Positions 36,210-47,895 of a stretch of DNA of 64,000 nt are shown here, one piece after another. Position numbers and translations under genes: made by a program. The stretch lies in NCBI RefSeq assembly GCF_000497125.1, contig NC_090598.1:1426001-1490000 (forward strand), in the 5' to 3' direction. Each line of letters begins with the position of its first letter. Position 1 is the first letter of the stretch. The notes under the pieces are model-generated. The model saw nothing but the letters and a program-made list of their open reading frames with translations, had not been told where the DNA came from and ran no database searches. This stretch comes from Spironucleus salmonicida. Lineage: Eukaryota.

Positions 36210-36632
36210 TCATTCTATTTCTTGAATAGCTTTCTCAAACAACTCTTAATATTACTCTCTATTTCTTTTAAAAATTTCTGCGGCATCTGTATTTGCTGGT
36301 GAATCAGGATTTGCGTCTTCCAAGAGAGAAAGAATGGTAGTTATTATACTAGCAACTGACATGGCTGGCACCCATCTAGAATTTAAAGTATCTAAACAAA
36401 TTCTGCCATCTGACCAAATATTTGGGTGAAATAACTTACATAAAAATTTAGCTTGAGGTGCGACAGACGGAAATGTATCAGGAAATTTTAATTATAACGT
36501 TAATTTTTTGTTATTAAAAATAAAAGAAACCACCCACTATGATAAATCAGATGATATAATTGTATACTAGCTATAATTTTTCTTGATATCTTTAAGATCA
36601 TTAAGTAGCCTACGCTTTCTGATCTAGTCCAT
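36210..36632 (-). CDS. Ubiquitin-conjugating enzyme E2, Rad6/UBC2-like (140 aa)
   Basis: RRLLNDLK...FPDTFP...FHPNIWSDGRICLDTL...W...DANPDSPAN. Confidence 0.85.
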
Positions 36633-36692
36633 AATAAAGTATATATTAATACATATATAATATTCGTATTAATATTAGTTATTTTCACTTTA

Positions 36693-37253
36693 ATGTCTTT
36701 ATTCAAAAAAATATCTAAAGCTAATCATACAGCTATAACAGATTAAAGTATTTCTGATATTTCTAGTGATCATTCTATATCTGAAACTGTACCACCTGCA
36801 ACTTTAATATTTGATATAGAAAAAAGAAAACGTTTTGAGGAGCATCTGCAATCTCCTGAGGATGAGTATTGGTGTTAGGCATGCGATATTTATTTTCAAA
36901 AAGAAGAAGATGTATTAACACATATGTAGACATAAGAGCATCTTGATATCGAGGCCACTTGGAAGGTCAAGAACCCAGAAGATGCTTTTTCTTCAAAAAG
37001 ATATAGATCAGGAAAACCTTCTAGGTAGGAATTAAAGAAATAAGCGCTGTCAGAAAGGAAAAAATTAAGGAAAATGGGTTTATTAGCACCAGCAAAAACG
37101 GGTTAAGGTTTGATAAAAGAAAAATCTAATAAAAAGTTTAATAAAGATGATTACTTTACTATGAAAAGACAGAAAGAAAAAAAAGATACCCGTGCTTAGG
37201 GTCATATTAAATTAAAAACTAAGAAAACTTAGAGGGTTAAAGAAGATAAGTGA
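36693..37253 (+). CDS. C2H2 (matrin/JAZ-type) zinc-finger protein with basic tail
   Basis: YWCQACDIYFQKEEDVLTHMQTQEH followed by a Lys-rich C-terminus. Confidence 0.7.
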
Positions 37254-38807
37254 TCATTATCTGACAAAATATTTTTAGTTCTAATATAATCCATATGCCT
37301 AGATTTCGCTTTTACTAATTTAGGATGCTTCAATGTAACTTATTTTCGAAACTATCAAAGCATAATAAAAATATATATACATTTAAGGACTGATATCATC
37401 TATATATTGGTTAAATATATTGTTAAGGTTAATATAATCAAGATGTGAGTAAACATATTCAATTATTTTATAACCATGTTAATCATTAATCTAGTAGACC
37501 TAATCATTGAGCTCATATAATTAAATTAATGACATTAAATAACTTTCTTATTAAGTCTATTCATATTTTAGTTAATATTAAGTTATAATATCGATTAGTG
37601 ATATGTAATCTTGATTTGAATTTTTTAGTCCTAAAAAGGCCAAGAACTCATCCAATAAATCAAAATTGTAAAAATTATGCTGCTTTAAAATAAGATATAA
37701 AATACCTGTATCTTTTAGTAGTAGGTGAGCAAATTTAAGAAATTTAATATTAGTTAAATGTTACCGTAACTATAAGTTAATTGCACATCCATCTATTAAA
37801 ATCTATGCTAAAATTTAAGATACTAAAGGATGTGGAAATAAAAACAGCAGCTAGATAATAAGTTCTATATTATTTTTGAGTTAATCCTCAATTAAAGACA
37901 TGATGACTGAAATTTGATATAATAATATATTACGCTTATGCTTTACAATAAATTAAAGAATAGACTTATACTCCACTAAGCATATAAATTATATCTGCTG
38001 TGATAATATTTACTGCCGTGATAACTAAAATATTTCCATTAAACACTATGTTATTTTATCTGATAAAATAGAATCTTAAAATTAATCTAAGATATTTAAA
38101 TATTCATCATATATTAGTTATATATATTAAGATAATTAATTTTTCTTAATTTATAATAATTTTATGATTTCTATGAATAATATTTGTTAAAAACCATTTA
38201 GAAATTAAAAATTATTGGTTTCAATACATTTTATTAATACTTTTCTGATAAATATTTATGTGAATTTAGCTTACAATATGTTTTTATTTTAATTTGATAA
38301 ATATAATCCAAACAATACTCCGCTTTTATATGTGAATTATAATCTTTAACTTTATAAAATTAATAAACTATTAGTTCTCATTATATCTAATCCTGTGATA
38401 GATATTTTTAACTAAACAGAAAATAATACCGATAAGCTGAATAGTTCTTCTTTATCTTTTAATTAGTACTTATTCATAATATGCTATGCTTATTTAACTA
38501 TTTATGAATTTTTTTAATTTACATTAATTTGGCTTAAAATACTAATTTAAAATTATACACTTTCTCTATACTTCTAATTTTATGGGAATACTACTTCAAC
38601 CAGAGACAATAGTCGAAAAATAAATTCATATTGAATATAATCAATATTACTAATTGATTTTTCTAAAATTGTACTTATCATTTTTTCATACTCTTATCTA
38701 TAAATATCATTTTTTGTAAACAGCTATGTTTCCTTAATTATGTCATTTAGATTTACTGTTGATTTCAATTGTTAAAATATATCTTACCATGAATTCATTT
38801 AATTCAT
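37254..38807 (-). CDS. Hypothetical protein (517 aa)
   Basis: Code-6 frame whose stop abuts the neighbouring gene's stop (TGATCA). Confidence 0.5.
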
Positions 38808-38839
38808 ATTAAAATATATAATATAATATATAACTAATT

Positions 38840-39826
38840 ATGAACATAACATTACCTACTAACAAAATACAGCTAGACCAGGTTAATCATTTTATTCAAT
38901 CTATTCTTACTTATACAAAGCCTTAAATGGTTAAAAACTAGATAAAATTTACATGTTGTAATTAAATTTAAAAAATTGTAGTTTATGATAGTTTATATCT
39001 TTAAACAATAAAGAATTCCCATTCACTAACACTCAACAATCTTATCTTGAATACAAATGACTTTACCAGGTAGAATTTTCATTATACTCCCAAAACTTAA
39101 TCTAATATTAAACCTAACAAAAAACTTGTATATATGGATACAGAAATGGTAATGACCACTTAGGGACATAGAATTGCACAAATATCTGTAATTTCCTAAG
39201 CTGGTAAAGTGATAATTAACTCATATTGCAAGCCTAAGCATAAAATAATAGACTACCTAACTAAATATAGCGGTGTTACGAAATAACTGATAGTCAAAGC
39301 ACCTAATTATAAAATTGTGAAAAAATAACTTTTGCACAAGTTAGACAAGCACAAATATATAATTTGTGGGCATGGTTTAGATAACGATCTCAAATTGCTG
39401 AAAATAAAACCAAACTATATAATTGATACTGCTACACTATTTGGACCCAGAAAAATGAAACTACAATTATTGGCGGAATAAATTTTAAATAGAAATATAC
39501 AATAGGGTACTCATAATTCATTGGAAGATGTTTACGCTGTAAAAGATATAATACAAGCCATTTAAGATGCGAGTAATCAAATTAGTACGTTATAAAGTAA
39601 TAAAGTTAAGTAAATTTATGGCTTTGGATTAAGTTTTTATGATAGAATATTAAAAAATTGTGTTATAAGAACGCAAAATATTAGTGAAACTGAAAATGAT
39701 TTTTAAAGGGAGTTAATCATTATTGATAATTATCAGGAGTATATTGAGTTGAAAAATAGACTAGGATGCTCATAAATAGTATATTTTGAAAAACGTTCTG
39801 ATGGTTATCAATGCTTTTGGAAGTGA
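38840..39826 (+). CDS. REX1/REX4-like DEDDh RNA exonuclease
   Basis: YMDTEMV, DYLTKYSGVT, CGHGLDNDL, IDTA and HNSLEDV motifs. Confidence 0.85.
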
Positions 39827-39851
39827 AATTTATCTATTATTATATTCTTAT

Positions 39852-41036
39852 ATGGCTTTCCTAAAAATGAACAATATTTTATAATGTTTTTAATAGGCAT
39901 ACAATTTAAAATAATTAATGCTATAGGGAAAACTACCCTAAAACTATATTGATAAGATATATTCTTTTGTGAATCATGAATTCGACATCATCAAATTAAA
40001 ATTATTAAATACAAAACTATATCTAACATTGACCCAAGTTTTGCATAGTATGAATATTATGATTAATTTATCTGTGTTAATTGATGATTGTGAACGTATG
40101 AACTCACTGATAACTTATCAGTATTTATCATTGGCTATAAAATTACTTAATTCAACTAAAAATAAAAAAGAACTAAAACCGTTTATATTAAAATTTGATT
40201 ATATTTTTTTGGCACATAATAAAAATTTTGGTTAACTATTTTTCGCCATATATAAGAAAGATAAACTTTTAGAACAAATTATTTAAGCGAGAAAATAGAA
40301 AACTAGCTTTCTTATGGCTTATTATTTGTCTGATAAATCAATTCATATTTCATAGCAAATTATTAACTACATTTATTTCCACTAAATACATAATTGTATA
40401 AGAAAAGCTATATCATTAACTGATTTATTGTATCTAGCTAAATTTGAACTCACTGGGAATATTAATTTACTAAATAAAATTATCCCTTAGTAAGTAGACT
40501 TTATGTAAATTAATACTTTAAATTTTACAACATTTGATATAATTATTATAATAACGATATTTATAGACAAGATTACACCTTAAATATATGAAGTTGTCAT
40601 AAAATTTTACCCAATCCTTCAATAGACTGTACAAAATTTATTAAAAATTAAAAAAATATCTAATTTAACAATTATTTAATCTTCATTTATAAACTGGAAG
40701 TCTGACTTAATTGATATAAAAATAATTCAAAAATTTATACCAGATTTTTGTAAAGATATCAAAGGATATGTTTTAAATTAAGAAATAAAGATTTTAGAGA
40801 ATGGAATTATTAAGCAAACAACTTTTTCTAATTTAATCAATAGTAGCAAAAACGATAACTACAATGAATATATATTAAAAGCAAATATACTAAGAGCCCT
40901 AAAATAGTAAAACTTAACCATTTAAGAATTATAAAGATTATTTTTTATTGATGAGTAATAACTATAATAAATACTAAATCACCTTATTGAATAAAATTAT
41001 ATACAAATAAATAGTTAATATTTGGAAATTTTATGA
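39852..41036 (+). CDS. Divergent short cullin-like protein (394 aa)
   Basis: Frame read fully open. The C-terminal YILKANILRALKQQ...ILNHLIEQNYI resembles the cullin winged-helix/neddylation domain (AAIVRIMK...IESLIEREY). Confidence 0.5.
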
Positions 41037-41037
41037 T

Positions 41038-42318
41038 TCACTCTAACTCAAATTTACTTCTAAGAAATATATATTATATAAAATCTTTACTCTTAACCGA
41101 TGGAATTTTTATAGTATTTTATATCATAGGTTAAAATTAAATTTATTTTATTAACTAAAGTTTTCCTAATTGACTTTATTATATACCTGGTTAAATTTGT
41201 TGTTATTTCCCTCTTACTTTAAGCTTAAGACGAATAACCTCTTATTTAAGAAATTAAACTATGTTAAACTCATCATCTTTTATTAATTAGGTTTTTGAAA
41301 TAATTTATTCATACTATTCTTAGAACTATTAACAATCAAATTCTATTACTAATTAAGTTTCAATGAGGAATAATGAAATATCGATTTTTTAATCTTTTAA
41401 CTAGTGAAACTAGAGTATACTATTGTATAAAATTTCATTTTTCAATATTTAATTAGACGCAAAACTTTACAAAATTATATCAAGAATTTACTATTAAAAA
41501 TCAAAAGATGCTAGAAGTTCCTCATCATTATAATACTCAACTTCGATTGGATTTTTTTAAGATAATTCTAAAAAATATTACGATAATAGCAATGTTAAAT
41601 TATACTAATAGTTATTCTAAGACAATTTGATTAGTTTTTATTTTAAAGAATAATAATGAGAATCTAGTTGCTAAATGCCGCTAATCTAAACAAAGGAATA
41701 AACTAAAAATGATGTAAAAAGTGAGTAATCAAAGGCAGTAATATCAAGTTGTTATTCATTCTTTTTAATAAATGTTATTTTATTAATGAATAAATTCTTG
41801 AAATAACTAGAAATTAATAACAATTAGTGGTTAAATAATAAATCTTATAGACTATATTAAAACTTAATCTATGAATCGGATAGATGTTATATGCTTTAAA
41901 TAAAATTAGTAATTTTAATATTTTCATTTAATCGAATATATTTAGTTAATAAATTACCATCAATTTATTACTACTATAATTAAGCTATTTATTATTCCTT
42001 TCTGATTAAAAGTTCTTTAAACAATATTATTTAATTAAGAGCTGATTTAAGCCCTTCTTCTAATTTTGTATATTAATTTTCACTTAAAATAGATAGTTCT
42101 GAAGGGAAATTAAGAGAAATTGACTACTAATCTTTTCTTAATAAATCAATTTACTATTTCAAAGTAGACACTTACTCATTTAATGAGATATTATCTAAAG
42201 AAACCTTATCATAATTCTATTCTAACGATTTTATTTTATTATTTTATAAAATTATTTGCTTCTTTAGAGCTAATATTTATTCTTATTATACCTTCTAGAT
42301 ATCTACATTTTACTGCAT
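41038..42318 (-). CDS. Hypothetical protein (~426 aa)
   Basis: Code-6 frame MQQNVDIQKVQQE... ending in TGA at 41038, convergent with the cullin-like gene. Confidence 0.5.
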
Positions 42319-42599
42319 TATAAAAATACATTTAAATTTATTATATATTTAATAATTAATAAGTATTATAATTTATTTAAAGCGAACCTGATTAACAATA
42401 CTTCATGATAATCTTATTAAAGCATATAGAGCTTATATTATCAGAATTTATAACCTTATTCTAACCTTAAACTCATAATTTTATGATATTTTATTTCATC
42501 ACCTTGCAATCCATAAGTTAAAAATAATCAATTATCATACTAAAGCAAAACTGTATAATAGTACTATTTGTCACGGCACTAGTTATCTCTGTATATGCT

Positions 42600-42674
42600 A
42601 AGACGGTGACGTCGCAGGACGTGGTGTACGCGCTGAAGCGCCAGGGCAAGACGCTCTACGGCTTCGGGATCTGA
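42600..42674 (+). pseudogene. H4: 5'-truncated histone H4 fragment at the array boundary
   Basis: Only [24 protein letters not shown] is present, joined directly to AT-rich unique DNA. Confidence 0.9.
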
Positions 42675-42856
42675 GTGATGCTATTCTTGTGGTACTCGTT
42701 GTGTGAGCGTGTGGTGCATAGGGCTTCCGTGTCTAGTGGGGTGGCGTACTTCCTGCACAGTGCCATAGTGCATATATGTAATATAATAATACTCATTCGG
42801 GCTTCCCGCAAGTATGATAGTGTATATAAATAATATAATACTAAGGACTCACGATT

Positions 42857-43234
42857 CCCGCAAAGTACCATACTGCCCGAGTATGGTATAATAGTACCAA
42901 ATTACGGCTCCCGCCCAAATGCCATACTTCACATATGCAACATTATAATCATAATCCTTCATGGCTCCCTTCCACTCGGCTGGTTTCCCATGGGCGGGAT
43001 GTCAAGGGGGCCTTGCCGAAGCCCTTGCCCTTGCCTTTTCCCAACGTCGGTTGGCATGCAGCGTATAATAATGTAATGTTGGTGTCCCTTCCGATATGTT
43101 AAAGTGGGAATAGGCAATATAATAAAGGGGATTTGCCCTTTCCCGCGAAGTATGATAGGGCATATATACGGTATTATAGTGAGTATTCCCGCTCCCCGCA
43201 AAGTACCATACTGCCCGAGTATGGTATAATAGTA
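42857..43234. repeat. 40-bp direct repeat within each H4 spacer (42857-42896 and 43195-43234), each containing a 9-bp-stem hairpin
   Basis: CCCGCAAAGTACCATACTGCCCGAGTATGGTATAATAGTA occurs twice, with inverted arms TACCATACT/AGTATGGTA. Confidence 0.9.
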
Positions 43235-43959
43235 GCAAATTACGCCTCCCGCCAAAACAGCATTCTGCACATAAATACGCGTGGGCGTATATAAATAATA
43301 CATATATGGCCTATAGCCACTATATGTGCGAGGTTCCTCTACCACCCCACACGGTATTCATATGCTCATAATGGCGAAGTGGGCCGTCGTCCACCTCGTC
43401 CCCACCAGAGGAGAGAACTCGCCCGGTTTGCCCTTGCCCTTGCCCTTCCCGGACGTCCGCAGGAGCTCGTCCGGAGGCTGGCAGTACCGCCCGGTCTCGC
43501 CCGGCGTGGCACGCACTTGCTTGGGCGGCGTGCGATGGCGCGAGATGACACCCGATGCATGGCACGGCGCGAGATCATCTTAGATGGCCTGCCTGCCGTG
43601 CCCCGCGCCCCGCGCCCATATGGGGCCTACGGGGCCGAGATATGGAGTTCCGGTGAAAATGAGTCTGCAGTTCTGCATATTGAACACGGTAAATTTAGTA
43701 GATAGATATTTGTATACATCACATATAACATACATACCTATATTCCATAAATCCCTATATGCATCTATATATACTTATACCTATATTCGCACACCGCAAC
43801 TACTTTCGTCACTATAACTATATATTATTCATATTAAAACTCGCTCCCGCCCCCGCCCCAACATATATATTTTATATAGCATATATAAGTATGGGTTCGC
43901 GAACCGATAGCTGGTTTCATCACCAACCTCATAATGCAGGAGTGAGGGTGCTATCAACA

Positions 43960-46900
43960 ATGTCTGGAAAAGGAAAGGGAAAAGGTTTTGGAAAGGCGAC
44001 AGACTCGGAGAACACTAGCGATAGTGTAGACCCTGTTGCTCTCACCGCCTAATAAATTCGTATTAGAAGCCTGTTCAAACAGGCACCTGCTCTACCCCAA
44101 CCCCAACCCCAGTCGATCGCTAGTCACATTTCTTCTACCATGAAGAAGCAATAGGCACCTCCAACGTCTAATGGTGACCCCTCGACTTTGACATATTCCC
44201 CCTTCACATAAGTTTCAAGCGTGAGACTGTTCAAGCAGGGCCAGGCAAGCCGGGAGGCTCCTGTGCTCTCAGATAAGACCAATAAATCTATCATGAGCTT
44301 CGTGAAAGCAAGAGAAGAAGAAAGAGCCCCGCAAGGTGCTCCGGACACTTCGGCTGCCGACACTCAGAATCGCGCGCAATTCCCTTCCACACAAATTCAC
44401 GGGGAAACTACAGCTGCGCTCGTTAACTGCCAAGACGAGTAAGCTTAGGAGGTAGCTAGTCTAGCTGCCCCTAACGCAGCGGAAGTGACTGAACAACCGC
44501 CCTCCTCATAGGTTGCCAGTTAAGAAGGGGCCCCAACCGATTAACCTAGCCTCTAACCAGAGAGCTAAGAGGAAAGCGAGGCCCCGCCTCGCCCGGATCC
44601 CCCAGATGCTCCGGACTACGGGATAGACCCACCAATTCCCAGGCTACCCTCACAAAACATACCGGTAGAGCCCAGAGTCAGACCTCAACTGAATTCAATC
44701 ACCCGGTATGGTATCGTCCACGAGACGAGATCTCAGACAAGACTTATTCCTGAGACACGTGCCCCAAGCACAACAGAAAGTAACGAACACGCTAGACCAA
44801 GGAACCCTGACAAGCCTTTTGAATGTCAGGCATGCACCTTCGCGTCGTCCGACCCCACGAGCCTGCTGAGACATCACGCGCTCACGAGAGGCGGATAGCA
44901 CGATATAAAGTTCCCGCTACTTAGATACAAAGAAGTTTACGAAGACCCCAAACTCTTCAGATTCTACTGTGGAATCTGTAATCACCCTTTTACGAAGAAA
45001 TTAAATGTCATGCTCCACCTAATGGATGGAAAATGCAAGAACAAGTAAGGAATGACAAACGAAGCTGCCCAATTGCTAGTAAGAAATAGAGATGTCTATA
45101 GCCTCGAACTAGAGGAATAGCTGGCAAAAGCATCGGCCGCCAAGGCGGCAAGAGCGAAGAGTATAGCAGAATAAATAACTGCACCCAAAATAGGACTTCC
45201 ACCGGAAGCGACGATCAACCTATCTCCTTTAGGTTGCGCTACGGACAAGAAGAATTTAGCATTACGTTTTATCCAGATGAAACTGGAGATTGAAAACGGA
45301 GCTGACATCCTAGACGCCTTTAACTAATTCATAGGCGCATTCAGAAGAAAACAGGCATGTAACACCAGACGCGATACCAATCAAAAATAGATAGATTTCT
45401 GCTTTTAGAGAGGACAGACTGGAAAGGCATGGAACCTTATTAAGGAAAATTAGAACAAGTAGAACCTATCCCCAGAAAACGCCAGCTCCAGACCGGACCT
45501 GGTTAGAGAGTTATTTTAGGAAAACCGGAAACCCGAATATGAATCGGCATCGCGGTAGGGATCAGTAAGAACAGCGCTGCAAGCGCCAACGGCAGAAGAG
45601 ATTACGAAGATAATCCTATAGTACCGGGATGGCAAAGCAGGCGGCCCGAGTGGCATTCTTCCAGCCCACCTGAAAGAACTTGAGAAGTCTCATCACATCT
45701 CAAACATTCTTGCGAAGGTATACAAACTAATACTTGATACACCATCCCTAGTGAACAAGACTAGGAGACTATTCGAATACCGGATAATCTTCATCCCAAA
45801 GAACGCGACCAAGTTTAGACCGATTTGCATACAGGAGTTATTCCTATAAGTCCTGCACAAAGCACTGGCAGAGAAGATGAAGCAGCAACTAACCCTAGGC
45901 AATTATCAATTCGCCTTTACCAAAAACGCTCTCCTCAGAGCCAAATATTAAGCTAATATCATGCTTAAGAATGGGCTCACCCTTACTTCCCTTGACGTAC
46001 GAAACGCCTTTAACGCCGTACCTCATAAAGTAATCGAAGAAGAACTCGTGAAAGCCGGCCTAGCACCGGAAACCAACCAATACATCCAAGCCTTTTTGAT
46101 GGCGCGGAATGCGGAGGGGTTGGAAAGGCTAGGCACCGGCGTCCCCCAAGGGGATCCATTGTCCATGATGCTATTCTGTGTTGTAATGCGCCCGATCCTA
46201 GATCGGCTCGCAGGCAAATACAAGGTTATCGCATCGTACGCGGACGATGTCCTGATAGGTCACGATTCAGGAGTAAACCTCAAAGACTGTGAAAGCGTCT
46301 TTGCAGACTACGGGCTAACCCTGTCTGTGGAGAAATGCATAACAGCCTCCCCCACCCAAGCGATTAAATTCGTTGGGTAAGAATTTAAGGACAAACCGAT
46401 ACCGTTAACAGATCACTTGCTCCAAACCGCTCAGGATGCCTTCCTACTCCTCGAGCAATCGAAGCTCGGGACCACCCAATAACGGTTCCAGATGTTTGTA
46501 CAATGTATTGTTCCCTCAGTCAACTATGGCCCACTTGTGGACGTCACGGATGACTAGGAAGCCGGATATACGAAGATAGACGACAGCCTTGTTGCCACCA
46601 CCTCGCTGATAGCGGGACTAAGCATAAAGATTGAAACTCTATTGGATAGCTAGATCCGGGGTGGAATGAACGTGATCACACCTGGTCGCTTCTACCCACT
46701 CATGACCGCAGCACGCGATGAATTCCATGAGAACAATCACTGCGTCTTTAGAAATATCAGGGAGAAAATCAAAGAACTCGTTCCGGACGATCCAGATCCT
46801 GGACGCCCGATGATTTTCCCCTGCATCTTAGGAGCCACCAGGCTCCCTGGACAGTCTGTCCAGTATCTCTTGAACTCGGCTTTCGGCCCGGTAGCGACAC

Positions 46901-47520
46901 CCAGTAAAACCCATTTGTGTACGCTATGCGGTACCCCTAAGATTGGAGATCACGACCAAAAATGCAATAGAAATAGCGGAATCCGAATAGTTAGACACAA
47001 CAAGGCTGTCTCAGCCGCGATGAACTGCCTAGCGAAGTACGAGCCCCGTGAAATAACACGTCAATAAGCTCCTGAAGGAAAGTTTTATCCGGACTTCAGA
47101 ATCATTGTAAGTAAAATCCTGACAGTAGACCTAGATGTCACGTTTACTTCGCAAGAGAATATGGACGCGAAATTTGCAGAAAAGGTTAGAAAGCATAAAT
47201 TGCCTGACCCTAACCAGACTATAATCCCAATGGTTATCTCACATGAACTTTAAATTCATCGCGAGACACTCAAGTTGTTGAAATTCCACTTCCCGGAGTT
47301 CAACTACAGGAAATTTATGGAAGCGGTGGGAACTGCGACCTGTTTCTATAGACAGGACTCAGTTCGAAACAACACTGCACGATAGATCATAGCTCTCCAG
47401 GATAGGAACTATGGTTTAGAGGAAGACGTTGCAATACGTCTTAATTGGAGAAATGCTGCGAAGAATAACAATCGCAGGCGCCAGCACGCCAGAGGGAGTG
47501 CTGTCGCACCCGGGCCGTGA
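43960..47520 (+). CDS. H4(1-13)-fused retrotransposon ORF: zinc fingers + reverse transcriptase + CCHC + restriction-like endonuclease (1186 aa; first element-internal ATG at 44140)
   Basis: No in-frame TGA from the H4 ATG to 47518. Motifs: CQAC..HH..H, CGIC..H..C, GKAGGPSG, FIPK..FRPI, LDVRNAFN, GVPQGDPLS, YADD (46237), CTLC..H..C, RHN, YPDF, DLDVT, EKVRKH. Confidence 0.92.
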
Positions 47521-47610
47521 GGCCAGGGAAAACAAGAAAACCCCCCCCGACAGGGGCAGTAAAGATCCCATATACGCAATGAGGAATGGCAGTACTCGAG
47601 TGATCTTTTA

Positions 47611-47642
<32 letters not shown>
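44000..47642 (+). mobile_element. Site-specific RLE-type non-LTR retrotransposon, copy 1 (full length, 31-A tail)
   Basis: Interrupts H4 after GGAAAGGCGA. Single RT-RLE ORF, ~90-nt 3' UTR, poly(A) at 47612-47642, and H4 resumes at CAAATCCGAG. Confidence 0.95.
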
Positions 47643-47643
<1 letters not shown>

Positions 47644-47895
47644 AAATCCGAGAAGGATGCACTCACAGGCATCACCAAGCCTGCCATACGCAGGTTGGCG
47701 CGCAGAGGTGGCGTGAAGAGGATCTCGTCCACGATCTACCCCCAGACGCGCGAGGTGCTGAAGGCGTTCCTGGACGTGGTCATCAGGGACTCGCTGACCT
47801 ACACTGAGCACGCGCAGCGCAAGACGGTGACGTCGCAGGACGTGGTGTACGCGCTGAAGCGCCAGGGCAAGACGCTCTACGGCTTCGGGATCTGA
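47643..47895 (+). pseudogene. H4: 3' remainder of interrupted histone H4 (copy 1)
   Basis: Identical to intact H4 from CAAATCC to TGA. Confidence 0.92.

Noticed and set aside
39852-42674. Fusion of the upstream ORF to the truncated H4 tail (same frame)
   Set aside because: An in-frame TGA at 41034-41036 ends the ORF well before 42600.
42656-43817. Many short overlapping ORFs in the H4 spacer
   Set aside because: Expected in GC-rich DNA, no recognisable motifs, and repeated only because the unit is repeated.
43960-47520. Element as a degraded pseudogene, bacterial retron or group II intron
   Set aside because: The apparent stops are TAR=Gln codons. Poly(A), zinc fingers and the RLE domain indicate a non-LTR retrotransposon.
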